A stretch of DNA of 64,000 nt from Vicinamibacterales bacterium (GCA_046496425.1 JAWOGY010000063.1:10360-74359); one strand, 5' to 3'; counted from the first letter of the stretch, positions 36,191 to 44,762 are shown. Translations and numbers: made by a program. The notes: generated from the sequence alone by a model not told the origin.

Positions 36191-36264
36191 TGGCTGGGAG
36201 GCAGGGATTCGAACCCCGATAACGTGGTTCAGAGCCACGTGTCCTACCGTTGAACGACCTCCCA
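36191..36264 (-). tRNA. tRNA-Gln (anticodon CTG), CCA encoded
   Basis: The reverse complement folds by hand. Acceptor UGGGAGG/CCUCCCA, D stem GUUC/GGAC, anticodon stem CGUGG/CCACG with loop CUCUGAA, T arm CGGGG-UUCGAAU-CCCUG, discriminator G, CCA. Confidence 0.9.
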
Positions 36265-36421
36265 GCATGGAGAATCGCGGCGGGAACAACCGATTAATTC
36301 TATCGCAAACAGGCCTCTTTCGGCCAGCGTGCGGCCGGAGCGCGTTCGGCGCGCCCCGCGGCAGCCGCGGCCCCGGACGCGTTGCTGCCCTCGTGGTACA
36401 CTCCGGTCCGGACCGAACGCT

Positions 36422-36967
36422 ATGGCTGATCTCCTCGATGTCCTCCGCATCGTGACGTCACGTCTCGAGCTGGCGGGCGTCCCGTACATGGTGAGCGGGT
36501 CGCTGGCGCTCGGCTACTACGCGCAGCCTCGGATGACGCGGGACATCGATGTGGTCGTGGAGCTCGACGACGAGGGCGTCCATCGTGTCGTTGCGGCCTT
36601 CGCCTCGGATTTCTACTGCGACGAGGATGCCATCAGGCGGGCGGTCGCAACTCGCCGGCTCGTCAATCTGGTTCATCTCGAATCGGCGTACAAGGTCGAT
36701 CTCATCGTCCGGAAAGACTCGGAATACCGCCAGGTCGAGTTCCAGCGAAGGCGCCGGCTCTCGCTCGGCGGCGTCGACATCTGGCTTGTCGCACCGGAGG
36801 ATTTGCTGCTGTCGAAACTGCTATGGGCCCGCGAGAGCGGGTCCGAGTTGCAGTTGCGCGACGCCGCCAATCTGGTCGCATCGGTACCGGACCTCGATTG
36901 GCCGTACAGCTCCCGCTGGGCATCCGCGCTGGGCGTGGCGCGTGAACTGGAGGCGCTGAAGCCGTGA
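36422..36967 (+). CDS. minimal nucleotidyltransferase-fold protein (module 2)
   Basis: VSGSLALGYYAQPRMTRDIDVVV signature. Paralog of 27717..28298. Trimmed to the ATG at 36422. Confidence 0.7.
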   Translation: MADLLDVLRIVTSRLELAGVPYMVSGSLALGYYAQPRMTRDIDVVVELDDEGVHRVVAAFASDFYCDEDAIRRAVATRRLVNLVHLESAYKVDLIVRKDSEYRQVEFQRRRRLSLGGVDIWLVAPEDLLLSKLLWARESGSELQLRDAANLVASVPDLDWPYSSRWASALGVARELEALKP

Positions 36968-37290
36968 TCCCGCGGGCCGCAGACACGGCGCCGGACGCGG
37001 CCGCCGAACAGCGACGCCTCCTGATGGCGCGGACGCCGGACGAGCGGATTGTCATGATGGTCGCGATGTGGCGCGATGCCGTGTCGATCGTGGAGTCCCG
37101 GCTCATCGCGGATGGCGTGGTCGACCCCCCCGCCCTCCGCGCCGGGCGGTTCCGGCAGATCTACGCGTCGGACTTCGATGCGCCGACGCTCGATCGCATC
37201 GCGAGCCGGATTGCCGCCGCCGCCATCAGTCGCCCGCCCCGAACGCAATCGGCCGCACCGCCTACCGGGATTCATCAGTCAGACAGGTGA
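36964..37290 (+). CDS. small helical partner protein of NTase module 2
   Basis: GTG start overlaps the NTase stop (GTGA). Its N-terminal block is similar to the 28295..28564 product. Here the partner is downstream of the NTase, the opposite order to module 1. Confidence 0.5.
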   Translation: MIPRAADTAPDAAAEQRRLLMARTPDERIVMMVAMWRDAVSIVESRLIADGVVDPPALRAGRFRQIYASDFDAPTLDRIASRIAAAAISRPPRTQSAAPPTGIHQSDR

Positions 37291-37375
37291 TGGCGTCGTC
37301 CAATTGCAGCGTTGGTGTCGGCCAATTGAGACGTTTTGAGCGGCCAATTGAAAGGGCGGCCTCGCAGACGGCCGG

Positions 37376-38950
37376 TCAGCCCTGCGGCCGGAAGGCTTGC
37401 AGCGCGTGCGCCATCCGCGCGAGCGCCCGCTCCCGGCCCAGCAACTCCAGCACCTCGAAGATCCCGGGGCTTTCCGCGCGGCCGACAACCGCGACGCGCG
37501 TCGGATGGATGAGCACGCCGGCCTTCACGCCGCGCGCCTCGGCCAGGGCGCGGATGGCCGGCTCGAGAGCCACAGCGGTAAACGCCTGAGCCGCCGCGCA
37601 TGCGTCACGCACCGCGGCCAGATGCGCCAGCGCGTCGGCCGACGAGAGGTGCTTCTTCACGGCGTCCGCGTCGTACTCGAGTTCGTCCGCGAGGAAAGGC
37701 CTCCCCTTCTCGACGAAGTCCGTCAGCCGCTTCGCCCGCGGGCGCAGCAGTTCGACGAGCCGCGTAAGCCATGCCCCCGGGTCTGACGTGTCCTGAGCGA
37801 GCGCTGCGTCCGAAGGCGAGTCGAAGGAAGACCCAAGGCTCCATGCAGCGGGCCACAGGCCGGCCTCGCGAAGCCGCGGCTCGATGCGGCGTACAAGCTC
37901 CGCCGCCGGCATCCGCGCAATGTGCTGCGCGCTGAACCACTCGAGCTTTTCGGGGTTGAAGACGGCGTTGCTGTTGCTGATGCCCTCGAGCGAGAACGCC
38001 GCGATGAGGTCGTCGCGCGTGAAGAATTCCTGGTCATTGCCCGGCGACCAGCCGAGCAGCGCGAGGAAGTTCATCATCGCCTCGGGCAGGTAGCCCTGTT
38101 TCGAGTACTCGGTCACCGACGTGGCGCCGTGACGCTTGCTCAGCCGGCGCTTGTCGGGACCGAGGATGAGCGGCACGTGCGCGAAGGCGGGCAACGGCTT
38201 GCCGAACGCGCGGTAAAGCAGCACCTGCTTCGGCGTGTTCGAGATGTGATCGTCACCGCGCACGACATGGGTGATCGCCATGTCAATGTCGTCGGCCACC
38301 ACCGACAGGTGATACGTCGGATGGCCGTCCGAGCGCAGCGCGACGAAGTCCTCGATGTGCGCGTTGTCGAAGGTGATGTCCCCATGCACGAGATCGTGGA
38401 AGGTCGTCTCGCCCGGCGGTACCTTGAAGCGGATGGCGCGCGGCATCTTCGCCGCCTCGCGCGCCGCCACCTCGTCGGGCGTCAGCCGCGAGCAGCGGCG
38501 ATCGTAGGTCCACGAGTCAGGGCCTCCCTCTTCTCTGGGCCCTGCCTCGCCGAAGCCGGCAGCGGTTTCATCGCCGGCGGAGGCGGGCGCCGCCGGGGCT
38601 TCAGTCCCGCCGGCCTCGGATCCGCAATAACAGTAGTACGCATGTCCCTCGCGGACAAGCTGCTCGGCAAGCTCCCGGTACCGCGCGAGGCGCTGCGACT
38701 GGAAGTAGGGGCCGTGCGCGCCGCCCACCTCGGGGCCCTCGTCCCAGTCGAGCCCGACCCACCGCATCCCGTCCAGAATGCCGGTGACCATGTCGGCCGA
38801 CGAGCGCTCGACGTCCGTGTCCTCGATGCGCAGCACAAGGACGCCTCCCGTCCGCCGCGCGTAGAGCCAGTTGAACAGGGCGGTCCTCGCCCCGCCAACG
38901 TGCAGGTATCCAGTCGGCGACGGGGCGAAGCGGAGGCGGGGAGTGGGCAT
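37376..38950 (-). CDS. gltX: glutamate--tRNA ligase
   Basis: RFAPSPTGYLHVGGARTALFNWL (HIGH region), RIEDTD, and LSKRHG (KMSKS-type). 524 aa, with a Gly/Ala/Glu-rich insertion after CYC. Confidence 0.95.
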   Translation of the reverse strand: MPTPRLRFAPSPTGYLHVGGARTALFNWLYARRTGGVLVLRIEDTDVERSSADMVTGILDGMRWVGLDWDEGPEVGGAHGPYFQSQRLARYRELAEQLVREGHAYYCYCGSEAGGTEAPAAPASAGDETAAGFGEAGPREEGGPDSWTYDRRCSRLTPDEVAAREAAKMPRAIRFKVPPGETTFHDLVHGDITFDNAHIEDFVALRSDGHPTYHLSVVADDIDMAITHVVRGDDHISNTPKQVLLYRAFGKPLPAFAHVPLILGPDKRRLSKRHGATSVTEYSKQGYLPEAMMNFLALLGWSPGNDQEFFTRDDLIAAFSLEGISNSNAVFNPEKLEWFSAQHIARMPAAELVRRIEPRLREAGLWPAAWSLGSSFDSPSDAALAQDTSDPGAWLTRLVELLRPRAKRLTDFVEKGRPFLADELEYDADAVKKHLSSADALAHLAAVRDACAAAQAFTAVALEPAIRALAEARGVKAGVLIHPTRVAVVGRAESPGIFEVLELLGRERALARMAHALQAFRPQG

Positions 38951-38957
38951 GAACTAA

Positions 38958-39051
38958 TGGCGGTGAGGCAGGGATTCGAACCCTGGATACAGGTTTTAGC
39001 CCGTATAACGGTTTAGCAAACCGCCGCCTTCAGCCTCTCGGCCACCTCACC
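38958..39051 (-). tRNA. tRNA-Ser (anticodon GCT), long variable arm, CCA encoded
   Basis: Hand fold: acceptor GGUGAGG/CCUCACC, anticodon stem GCGGU/ACCGU with loop UUGCUAA, variable arm about 20 nt, T arm CAGGG-UUCGAAU-CCCUG, discriminator G. Confidence 0.85.
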
Positions 39052-39200
39052 GCGCGTGGATTTCCGAAGGACTGGTGCCCCTCAGGTCTCCGTCGCTGAC
39101 GACATTATAGCGATCGAAGACGCTGCGTGTCTTGTGGCCGCTCAGTTTAATTGCCAGGCGCCCGGCCGTGGCCGTCCGGCTCGGGTAGGAGCGGACACGA
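39047..39200 (-). pseudogene. C-terminal relic of a tyrosine recombinase (phage-type integrase)
   Basis: ..RLAIKLSGHKTRSVFDRYNVVSDGDLR matches the conserved integrase C-terminal block (GHKT...F.RYNIVS..DL, which holds the catalytic Tyr). Everything upstream is missing or degenerate. It abuts the 5' end of tRNA-Ser. Confidence 0.5.
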
Positions 39201-39371
39201 CACGGGACTGAAGCGCCTGGTGTGCTCAATGGCACAGACTCGAGGGGAAGGACCTCCTACACTCGTACCAACAAGGCCTCAGCCGTCGCGGCGGCTCCGA
39301 CGGCGTCATCACCGCGGCAGCGTCACTGACGCGCGCCGCACGGGCCGTGGTCGTCACAGAGGAGGGGTGTC

Positions 39372-39461
39372 ATGGCGAAGTATGGACTTGCATGGATGCT
39401 GGGCGTTCCGGTGTCACTGCTGATTGTGATCTACCTGGTCAGCCAGGTGGCGTGCAGGTAG
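39372..39461 (+). CDS. 29-aa single-TM peptide
   Basis: GAGGAGGGG RBS 6 nt before the ATG. MAKYGLAWMLGVPVSLLIVIYLVSQVACR. Below the ORF-track length cutoff. Confidence 0.35.
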   Translation: MAKYGLAWMLGVPVSLLIVIYLVSQVACR

Positions 39462-39498
39462 TAGGCCGGTCGGCCGGACAAGCGGCCAAGGAGACCAC

Positions 39499-39720
39499 AT
39501 GAAATACGAGGATCCTGGCGAAAGAAAGGACCTGCCCGTTGAACAGCGCCTTCCCGGCGCCAATCGAGCGGGGAAGGGGTCTCGCCCGCGTAAGGAAGAC
39601 GACCGAGAGAAGAACCCTCGTGGTGGGGGGGCGACGCATCAGGAACAGCTCGAGGAGCACAGCCTTCCCGGCACCAATCAAGCGGGGAAAGGGCCTGGCT
39701 CGCGCGACAAGAGCGACTGA
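39499..39720 (+). CDS. small hydrophilic protein with an internal repeat (LPG(A/T)N.AGKG)
   Basis: AAGGAG RBS, 73 aa. The approx 45-nt direct DNA repeat at about 39547 and 39663 is in frame and encodes the repeated peptide. Confidence 0.5.
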   Translation: MKYEDPGERKDLPVEQRLPGANRAGKGSRPRKEDDREKNPRGGGATHQEQLEEHSLPGTNQAGKGPGSRDKSD

Positions 39721-39778
39721 GCAGCATCCTGACTCCGATACGCGCGACGCTCAAACGAATGGTCACAAGGGAGTTGAA

Positions 39779-40201
39779 ATGAGACGCATGAAATTGGTGA
39801 GTGTTTGGACAGGTGCCATTGCCATCGCGGCAGTGGCCGCCGGATGCAGCGGGCAGGCTGGGCGGACGGACTCCGAGGCGGCGCGCGACGCCACCAGCGT
39901 GGCTGGTCAGGCCAGTGACGCGGTCAAGGACACGGGAAGCGCCATCGGCGAGGCGGTCATGGAAGGCGGCCGCGCCGCCGATGCGGCAGTCGAGACGATG
40001 GATGTCAAGACCGCGCTCATCGCCGACTCCCGTATCGAGACGGGCGGCATCAACGTGGACACCGATCACGTAACCAAGACGGTCACGTTGAAGGGTCACG
40101 TGCCCACCGCGGCGCAACGGACGTTCGCGGAGGAGATTGCGGTGAAGAAAGCGGTCGGTTACCGCGTCGAGAACAAGCTGACGATCGGCATCGGCAGCTG
40201 A
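39779..40201 (+). CDS. BON-domain lipoprotein
   Basis: Trimmed to the ATG at 39779 (AAGGGAG RBS). Lipobox AAVAAGC. ..TVTLKGHVPTAAQRTFAEEIAVKKAVGYRVENKLTI is a BON repeat. Confidence 0.85.
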   Translation: MRRMKLVSVWTGAIAIAAVAAGCSGQAGRTDSEAARDATSVAGQASDAVKDTGSAIGEAVMEGGRAADAAVETMDVKTALIADSRIETGGINVDTDHVTKTVTLKGHVPTAAQRTFAEEIAVKKAVGYRVENKLTIGIGS

Positions 40202-40252
40202 CTCGTACCACTCGAGCGCATTCCTCGCAACATCGAATCAGGAGACATCGAC

Positions 40253-40717
40253 ATGGCAACCAACGAAAACAAAGGGCATCCGGTCGGCGAAAGCGTGGGC
40301 GCGGCTGGCGGCGCGGTGACAGGTCTGGCGGTTGGCGCAGCGGTAGGCGGCCCAATCGGGGCGGTGGCCGGTGCGGCGATTGGCGCGGTGGCCGGCGGTG
40401 TGGGCGGCCATGCCGTTGCGGCCGCGGTGAATCCGACAGTCGAGAATCAGTACTGGAGCACCCACTATCAGTCGCGCCCCTACGTGAAGACCGGGGCGAA
40501 GTACGACGAGTATCAGGACGCCTACCGCTACGGCTGGGAGTCTCGCGCCAAGTCGACGTCGACGTGGGACGGGGCCTCTAACGATATCGAACAGGGATGG
40601 GACAAGGCTAAAGACAAATCCAACCTGACGTGGAATGACGCCAAAGAGGCGGTGCGCGACGGCTGGAATCGAGTGGAGAAGGCCATTCCCGGCGACTCAG
40701 ACGGCGACGGCCGGTAG
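40253..40717 (+). CDS. Gly/Ala-rich stress-type protein (hydrophobic glycine-zipper N-terminus, W/Y/D/K-rich C-terminus)
   Basis: GAAGGAVTGLAVGAAVGGPIGAVAGAAIGAVAGGVGG, then ..YDEYQDAYRYGWESR..WNDAKEAVRDGWNRV. AGGAGA RBS. Confidence 0.7.
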   Translation: MATNENKGHPVGESVGAAGGAVTGLAVGAAVGGPIGAVAGAAIGAVAGGVGGHAVAAAVNPTVENQYWSTHYQSRPYVKTGAKYDEYQDAYRYGWESRAKSTSTWDGASNDIEQGWDKAKDKSNLTWNDAKEAVRDGWNRVEKAIPGDSDGDGR

Positions 40718-40763
40718 AACGGAAGCTTGTATCGTGCGGAGCGTGCCGCCGGGGGTACGCAGG

Positions 40764-40798
40764 GAACGGGCCTGAGATCGATGATCTCAGGCCCGTTC
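40764..40798 (+). terminator. hairpin terminator after the stress islet
   Basis: GAACGGGCCTGAGATC-GAT-GATCTCAGGCCCGTTC, a perfect 16-bp stem followed by TCTGAATT. Confidence 0.6.
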
Positions 40799-40876
40799 TC
40801 TGAATTCGGGCGACCTTAGCAAACGCGCCGTTTCGGGGTAAGGTGGCACTTTCACCTTTTGCCTGGGGAGGCGCCC

Positions 40877-42430
40877 ATGCTCGCTCGACGACGGTTCATC
40901 GCCCTCTTCCTGTTCGCCGCGCTCCCGGCGTTCCTGCTCGCCGCCGGTGACGATCCCGATCTGGCCATTGTCGCGAAAATCCGCCACGAGGGCATCAAGC
41001 GCTCCCAGGTGATGCGGTTGGCCGGCTACCTCTCCGACGTCATCGGCCCGCGGCCAGCCGGCTCCCCCGCCAACGACCGCGCCAACAGGTGGGCCGCCGA
41101 CACGATGAAGGGCTGGGGCCTCGAGAACGTCGCCCTCGAGCCGTACGGCACGTTCGGCGTCGGCTGGGCCCCGCGCTACGTTTCGGCGCACCTGCTCTCG
41201 CCCCACTACGCGCCGCTGCAGGCCATCTCGGTCGAGTGGGGCTCGTCTACGAAAGGCAGGCTGACCGGCGAGCCGCTCTACGTTTCCATCGCAACGCCGG
41301 CCGACTTCGCCAGGTACCGCGGCACGCTCAAGGGCCGCATCGTCCTCTACCAGCCTCCGCGCAGAACGGCGCCGCACTTCACGGCCGACGCGCGCCGTCA
41401 CGACGCCAACAGTCTCGAAGTGCTCGCCTCCTATCCCATCCCGGACGAGGACCCGCCGAGCGCCGACTACGTGCGCGGCTTCCTGGACGAACTCGAGGAG
41501 TTCTTCCGCGCCGAGGACGTGGGCGTGCTCGTATCACCCAGCAGCGGCGGCCGCGGCGACTACGGCACGACGGTCGCGGCCGGAATCCGCTCGGCCCGCC
41601 ACCCGGACCGCCCGCGACCGCTGCCGGAGATCATCCTCGCCGTCGAGCACTACAACCGCATCGTCCGCATCATCGACGAGCACCGCGAGCCGGCGACCAT
41701 GGAAGTCGAAGTCCGGTGCGAGTTCTACGACAAGGACCTTCGCGGCTACAACGTCGTCGCCGAGATTCCCGGCACCGACAAGAGTGACGAGATCGTGATG
41801 CTCGGCGGCCACATCGACTCGTGGAGCCCCGGCACCGGGGCCGCCGACAACGCGGCCGGCGTGGCGGTGTCGATGGAGGCGGTGCGCATCCTGAAAGCCA
41901 TCGGCGCCCGGCCGCGGCGCACAATCCGCGTCGTGCTCTGGGGCGCCGAGGAAAAAGGCTGGGTCGGATCGAAGGCGTACGTCGCCAACCATTTCGCCGA
42001 CGTCGAGACGATGGCGCTCAAGCCGGAGCACGCGAAGGTGTCGGCCTACTTCAACTACGACAACGGCACCGGGCGCATCCGCGGCGTCTATCTCCAGCAG
42101 AACGTGCAGGCGGCGCCGATTTTCGAGGCGTGGATGAAGCCGTTCGCGGACCTCGGCATGACCGAGCTCTCGCCTCGCTCGACGATGGGATCGGATCACG
42201 GGGCGCTGGATCTGGTGGGCATCCCGGCGTTCCAGTGGATCCAGGACCCCATCGACTACTCCACGCGCGTGCACCACTCGAACCTGGACGTCTTCGACCA
42301 CCTCGTGCCGGAAGACCTGGTCCAGTCGGCCGTCATCACGGCAAGCTTCGTCTACCACGCGGCCATGCGCGACGCGATGCTGCCGCGCAAGCCGCTGCCG
42401 CCGCCGTACAAATATCCCGTGAGGAGATAG
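40877..42430 (+). CDS. M28-family metallopeptidase (aminopeptidase-like), secreted
   Basis: Signal FIALFLFAALPAFLLAAG. YNVVAEIPGTDKSDEIVMLGGHIDSW..GAADNAAGVA..WGAEEKGWVGS..SDHGAL are the M28 zinc-ligand blocks. Confidence 0.85.
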   Translation: MLARRRFIALFLFAALPAFLLAAGDDPDLAIVAKIRHEGIKRSQVMRLAGYLSDVIGPRPAGSPANDRANRWAADTMKGWGLENVALEPYGTFGVGWAPRYVSAHLLSPHYAPLQAISVEWGSSTKGRLTGEPLYVSIATPADFARYRGTLKGRIVLYQPPRRTAPHFTADARRHDANSLEVLASYPIPDEDPPSADYVRGFLDELEEFFRAEDVGVLVSPSSGGRGDYGTTVAAGIRSARHPDRPRPLPEIILAVEHYNRIVRIIDEHREPATMEVEVRCEFYDKDLRGYNVVAEIPGTDKSDEIVMLGGHIDSWSPGTGAADNAAGVAVSMEAVRILKAIGARPRRTIRVVLWGAEEKGWVGSKAYVANHFADVETMALKPEHAKVSAYFNYDNGTGRIRGVYLQQNVQAAPIFEAWMKPFADLGMTELSPRSTMGSDHGALDLVGIPAFQWIQDPIDYSTRVHHSNLDVFDHLVPEDLVQSAVITASFVYHAAMRDAMLPRKPLPPPYKYPVRR

Positions 42431-42449
42431 AGAAGGAACCGGGCGCGCC

Positions 42450-42974
42450 CTACTTCCTGCCCCTCTTCACCGCCTTCTTGACGGCCTTCCGGGCCTTCGG
42501 CGCGGCCTTCTTCACGGCCCTGGCCGCCTTCTTCGCAGGCTTCACGGCCTTCTTGACGGCCTTCCGGGCCTTCGGCGCGGCCTTCTTCACGGGCCTGGCG
42601 GCCTTCTTCGCAGGCTTCGCAGGCTTCACGGCCTTCTTGACGGCCTTCCGGGCCTTCGGCGCGGCCTTCTTCACGGCCTTGACGGCCTTCTTCGTAACCG
42701 CCTTGGCGGCCTTCCTGGCCTTCGTCGCCGCCTTCCTGGCGGCCTGTTCGGCCTTCGGCGCGGCCTCCTTCACGGTTTTGACGGCCTTTGCCGCCGCAGC
42801 CCTGACCGCCTCCTGCGCCTTCGGCGTCATCTCATCCACGGCGTTCATCACCTTGGCCGCGGCGGTGCCGGCGGCCTCGAAGACGGCTGCCGCCGCGGAT
42901 TCCGGCGTCGCTGGCAGAGTTTCGGCCTCGACATCAATAGCGGGCGGCACTTCAGGGACCAGTTCTTCGGCCAT
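42450..42974 (-). CDS. histone H1-like Lys/Ala-rich DNA-binding-type protein
   Basis: Acidic N-terminus, then about 120 aa of KKAxKAxKKAAPKARKAVKKAVKPAKKAAR repeats. GGAGGA RBS before the ATG at 42974. Confidence 0.75.
   Translation of the reverse strand: MAEELVPEVPPAIDVEAETLPATPESAAAAVFEAAGTAAAKVMNAVDEMTPKAQEAVRAAAAKAVKTVKEAAPKAEQAARKAATKARKAAKAVTKKAVKAVKKAAPKARKAVKKAVKPAKPAKKAARPVKKAAPKARKAVKKAVKPAKKAARAVKKAAPKARKAVKKAVKRGRK
42466..42690 (-). repeat. in-frame tandem repeat (approx 69-75 nt unit, about 3 copies) inside the H1-like gene
   Basis: cttcttgacggccttccgggccttcggcgcggccttcttcacgg recurs three times on the plus strand. Confidence 0.8.
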
Positions 42975-43168
42975 GACGTTCCTCCACGAAACACAACCCA
43001 TCCGCGGAGCGGATGTTCGATCACGGGCAGTATAGGAGCCGGGGTTGTTAATGTCCAGGCGGCCTCGAGCGTTCTACCGGCAGAAGGACCGGTTTCACAA
43101 CCTGCGCGCTGCGGCTGGTTCCCGCCGCGAGAACGGGTTGTGAAACCGCTTCCAGGCACAGGAGTCCC

Positions 43169-43645
43169 GTGATGGCAGAACAAGTGTTCGAATCGTTCAT
43201 TCCGATGGTGGTCAGCGTCGGCCTCTTCGCGCTCATCGCCTGGATCGTCTTCGTGGTCGCGGACGGCAGGCGGCGGCGCGAACAGCTCAAGGTCACCTCC
43301 GAGTTCAACGCGAAGATCCTCGAGAAGATGGGGTCCACCGCTGAGTTCGGCGCCTTTCTCGACACCGAGGGCGGCAGGCGTTTCATGAAGACGCTCACCG
43401 TCGAGGGCCCGAGCGCCAAGACCCGCTTGCTCGCCGCCACGCAGACAGGCATTGTCTGTACGTCGATCGGAATCGCCATGCTGGTTCTCGGCGGGATCTT
43501 CTACTATCTGCGTGACGGCCTGTGGGTGATGGGCGGCATCATCACCGCGTGCGGGATCGGGTTCCTCGTGTCGACGCTGGCGTCCTACCGGCTGTCGAAG
43601 ACGCTGGGCCTGATCGGCGGCGACGACGACGAGGCGCGCCGGTAG
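43169..43645 (+). CDS. membrane protein (3 TM)
   Basis: 158-aa ORF with hydrophobic helices at the N- and C-termini. Directly precedes the ECF sigma gene. Confidence 0.6.
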   Translation: MMAEQVFESFIPMVVSVGLFALIAWIVFVVADGRRRREQLKVTSEFNAKILEKMGSTAEFGAFLDTEGGRRFMKTLTVEGPSAKTRLLAATQTGIVCTSIGIAMLVLGGIFYYLRDGLWVMGGIITACGIGFLVSTLASYRLSKTLGLIGGDDDEARR

Positions 43646-43653
43646 GATCGGCC

Positions 43654-44268
43654 GTGGCAGTACACGCCGCGACACTGGACGTGGAGGACGTGGGCGCACA
43701 ACAGTCGGACGCCGGCGCGCGCGCGACGCTCCTGAACGAATCGGAGTTCCAGGACCTCTATCGCCTCCACGCCAGGCCTCTGTGGGCCTACATCTACCGG
43801 CTGACCGGCAGTACCGCCGACGCCGACGATCTGCTGCAGGAGGCGTTCTGCCGCATGCTCGCCGCAAAGCTTGCGACGCGCGACGAATGCGAGCTCCGCG
43901 CATACCTCTTCCGCGTGGCCACCAACGCCGCCACCGACCTCTGGCGGCGCGGCGGCCGCAGCCGGAGACGGGCGGAGGCGCACGCGGGAGACGTGAGGCC
44001 GCACGGCGACGCGGCCGAACCGCCCGTCGCCGCGGATCATGGCGACCACGCCGCCCTCAAGCAGGACATGGCGCGGACGTTTCGGGACCTGAAGCCCCAG
44101 GAGCGCATGCTGCTGTGGCTCGCACACGTCGAAGGCTCCGAGCATCGCGACATTGCCGCGGCGCTCGGGTTGAAGCCCGCCAGCGTGCCGGTGCTGCTCT
44201 TCCGGGCGCGCCGGAAACTGGCCGGCCTGCTCCGCAAGAAAGGCTACGGCCCGGGAGAACGGCGATGA
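43654..44268 (+). CDS. ECF-type sigma-70 family factor
   Basis: ADDLLQEAFCRML (region 2). EHRDIAAALGLKPASVPVLLFRARRKL (region 4). GTG at 43654 chosen just after the upstream stop. Confidence 0.85.
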   Translation: MAVHAATLDVEDVGAQQSDAGARATLLNESEFQDLYRLHARPLWAYIYRLTGSTADADDLLQEAFCRMLAAKLATRDECELRAYLFRVATNAATDLWRRGGRSRRRAEAHAGDVRPHGDAAEPPVAADHGDHAALKQDMARTFRDLKPQERMLLWLAHVEGSEHRDIAAALGLKPASVPVLLFRARRKLAGLLRKKGYGPGERR

Positions 44269-44762
44269 CGAACCAGGCCTGCTCACACGAACCGGACATC
44301 CTCGTCTCTGCGGCCGCCGGACAGGAGCTGTCCGCCGCCCTCGAGGCCCACCTGGCATCGTGCCCGTCGTGCCGCGAGCAGGTCGACGCCGTGGCCTTCG
44401 TGCGCGGGCTGGCCGCGACGCCCGACGCGCCGCACCAGCTCCCCGACCCGGCCGTGATCTGGTGGAAGGCGCAGCTCCTGCGGCGATGGCAGGCCGAGCG
44501 CACCGCGGCGGCGCCCATCGAACGCATGCGCTGGGTCGAGCTGGCCGCCGGCCTCGCCAGCCTGACCGTCTTCCTGGTCTGGCAGTGGCAGGGGCTGGTG
44601 AACCTTGCCGCGCGCGCCATCCAGGACGGCCTCGGGGCGGCCTCGACGGCTCCCCCTTCCATCAGCCCGATGGCGCTCGTGCTCATCGCGGGCGCCGCCG
44701 CGTCCATTGGCGCCGTGCTGCTCGCGGCGCTGCATCGACGCCTTCGCGGCGCGTCGTACTAG
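44265..44762 (+). CDS. membrane anti-sigma factor (zf-HC2)
   Basis: ATGA overlap with the sigma gene. EAHLASCPSCREQV motif. TM segments LAAGLASLTVFLVW and LVLIAGAAASIGAVLLAAL. Confidence 0.7.
   Translation: MTNQACSHEPDILVSAAAGQELSAALEAHLASCPSCREQVDAVAFVRGLAATPDAPHQLPDPAVIWWKAQLLRRWQAERTAAAPIERMRWVELAAGLASLTVFLVWQWQGLVNLAARAIQDGLGAASTAPPSISPMALVLIAGAAASIGAVLLAALHRRLRGASY

Noticed and set aside
28601-36234. Whether the repeated 44-mer and the other repeats could be a CRISPR array.
   Set aside because: The copies are kilobases apart, identical to a tRNA 3' half, and separated by protein-coding genes. No short regularly spaced repeat-spacer structure exists anywhere in the window.
39540-39700. 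An approx 45-nt direct repeat, each copy with an internal CCTTCCC..GGGAAGG hairpin, considered as a structured RNA or riboswitch-like element.
   Set aside because: Both copies lie in frame inside a small ORF with a good RBS and encode the same peptide repeat. Protein-level repetition explains the DNA repeat more simply.
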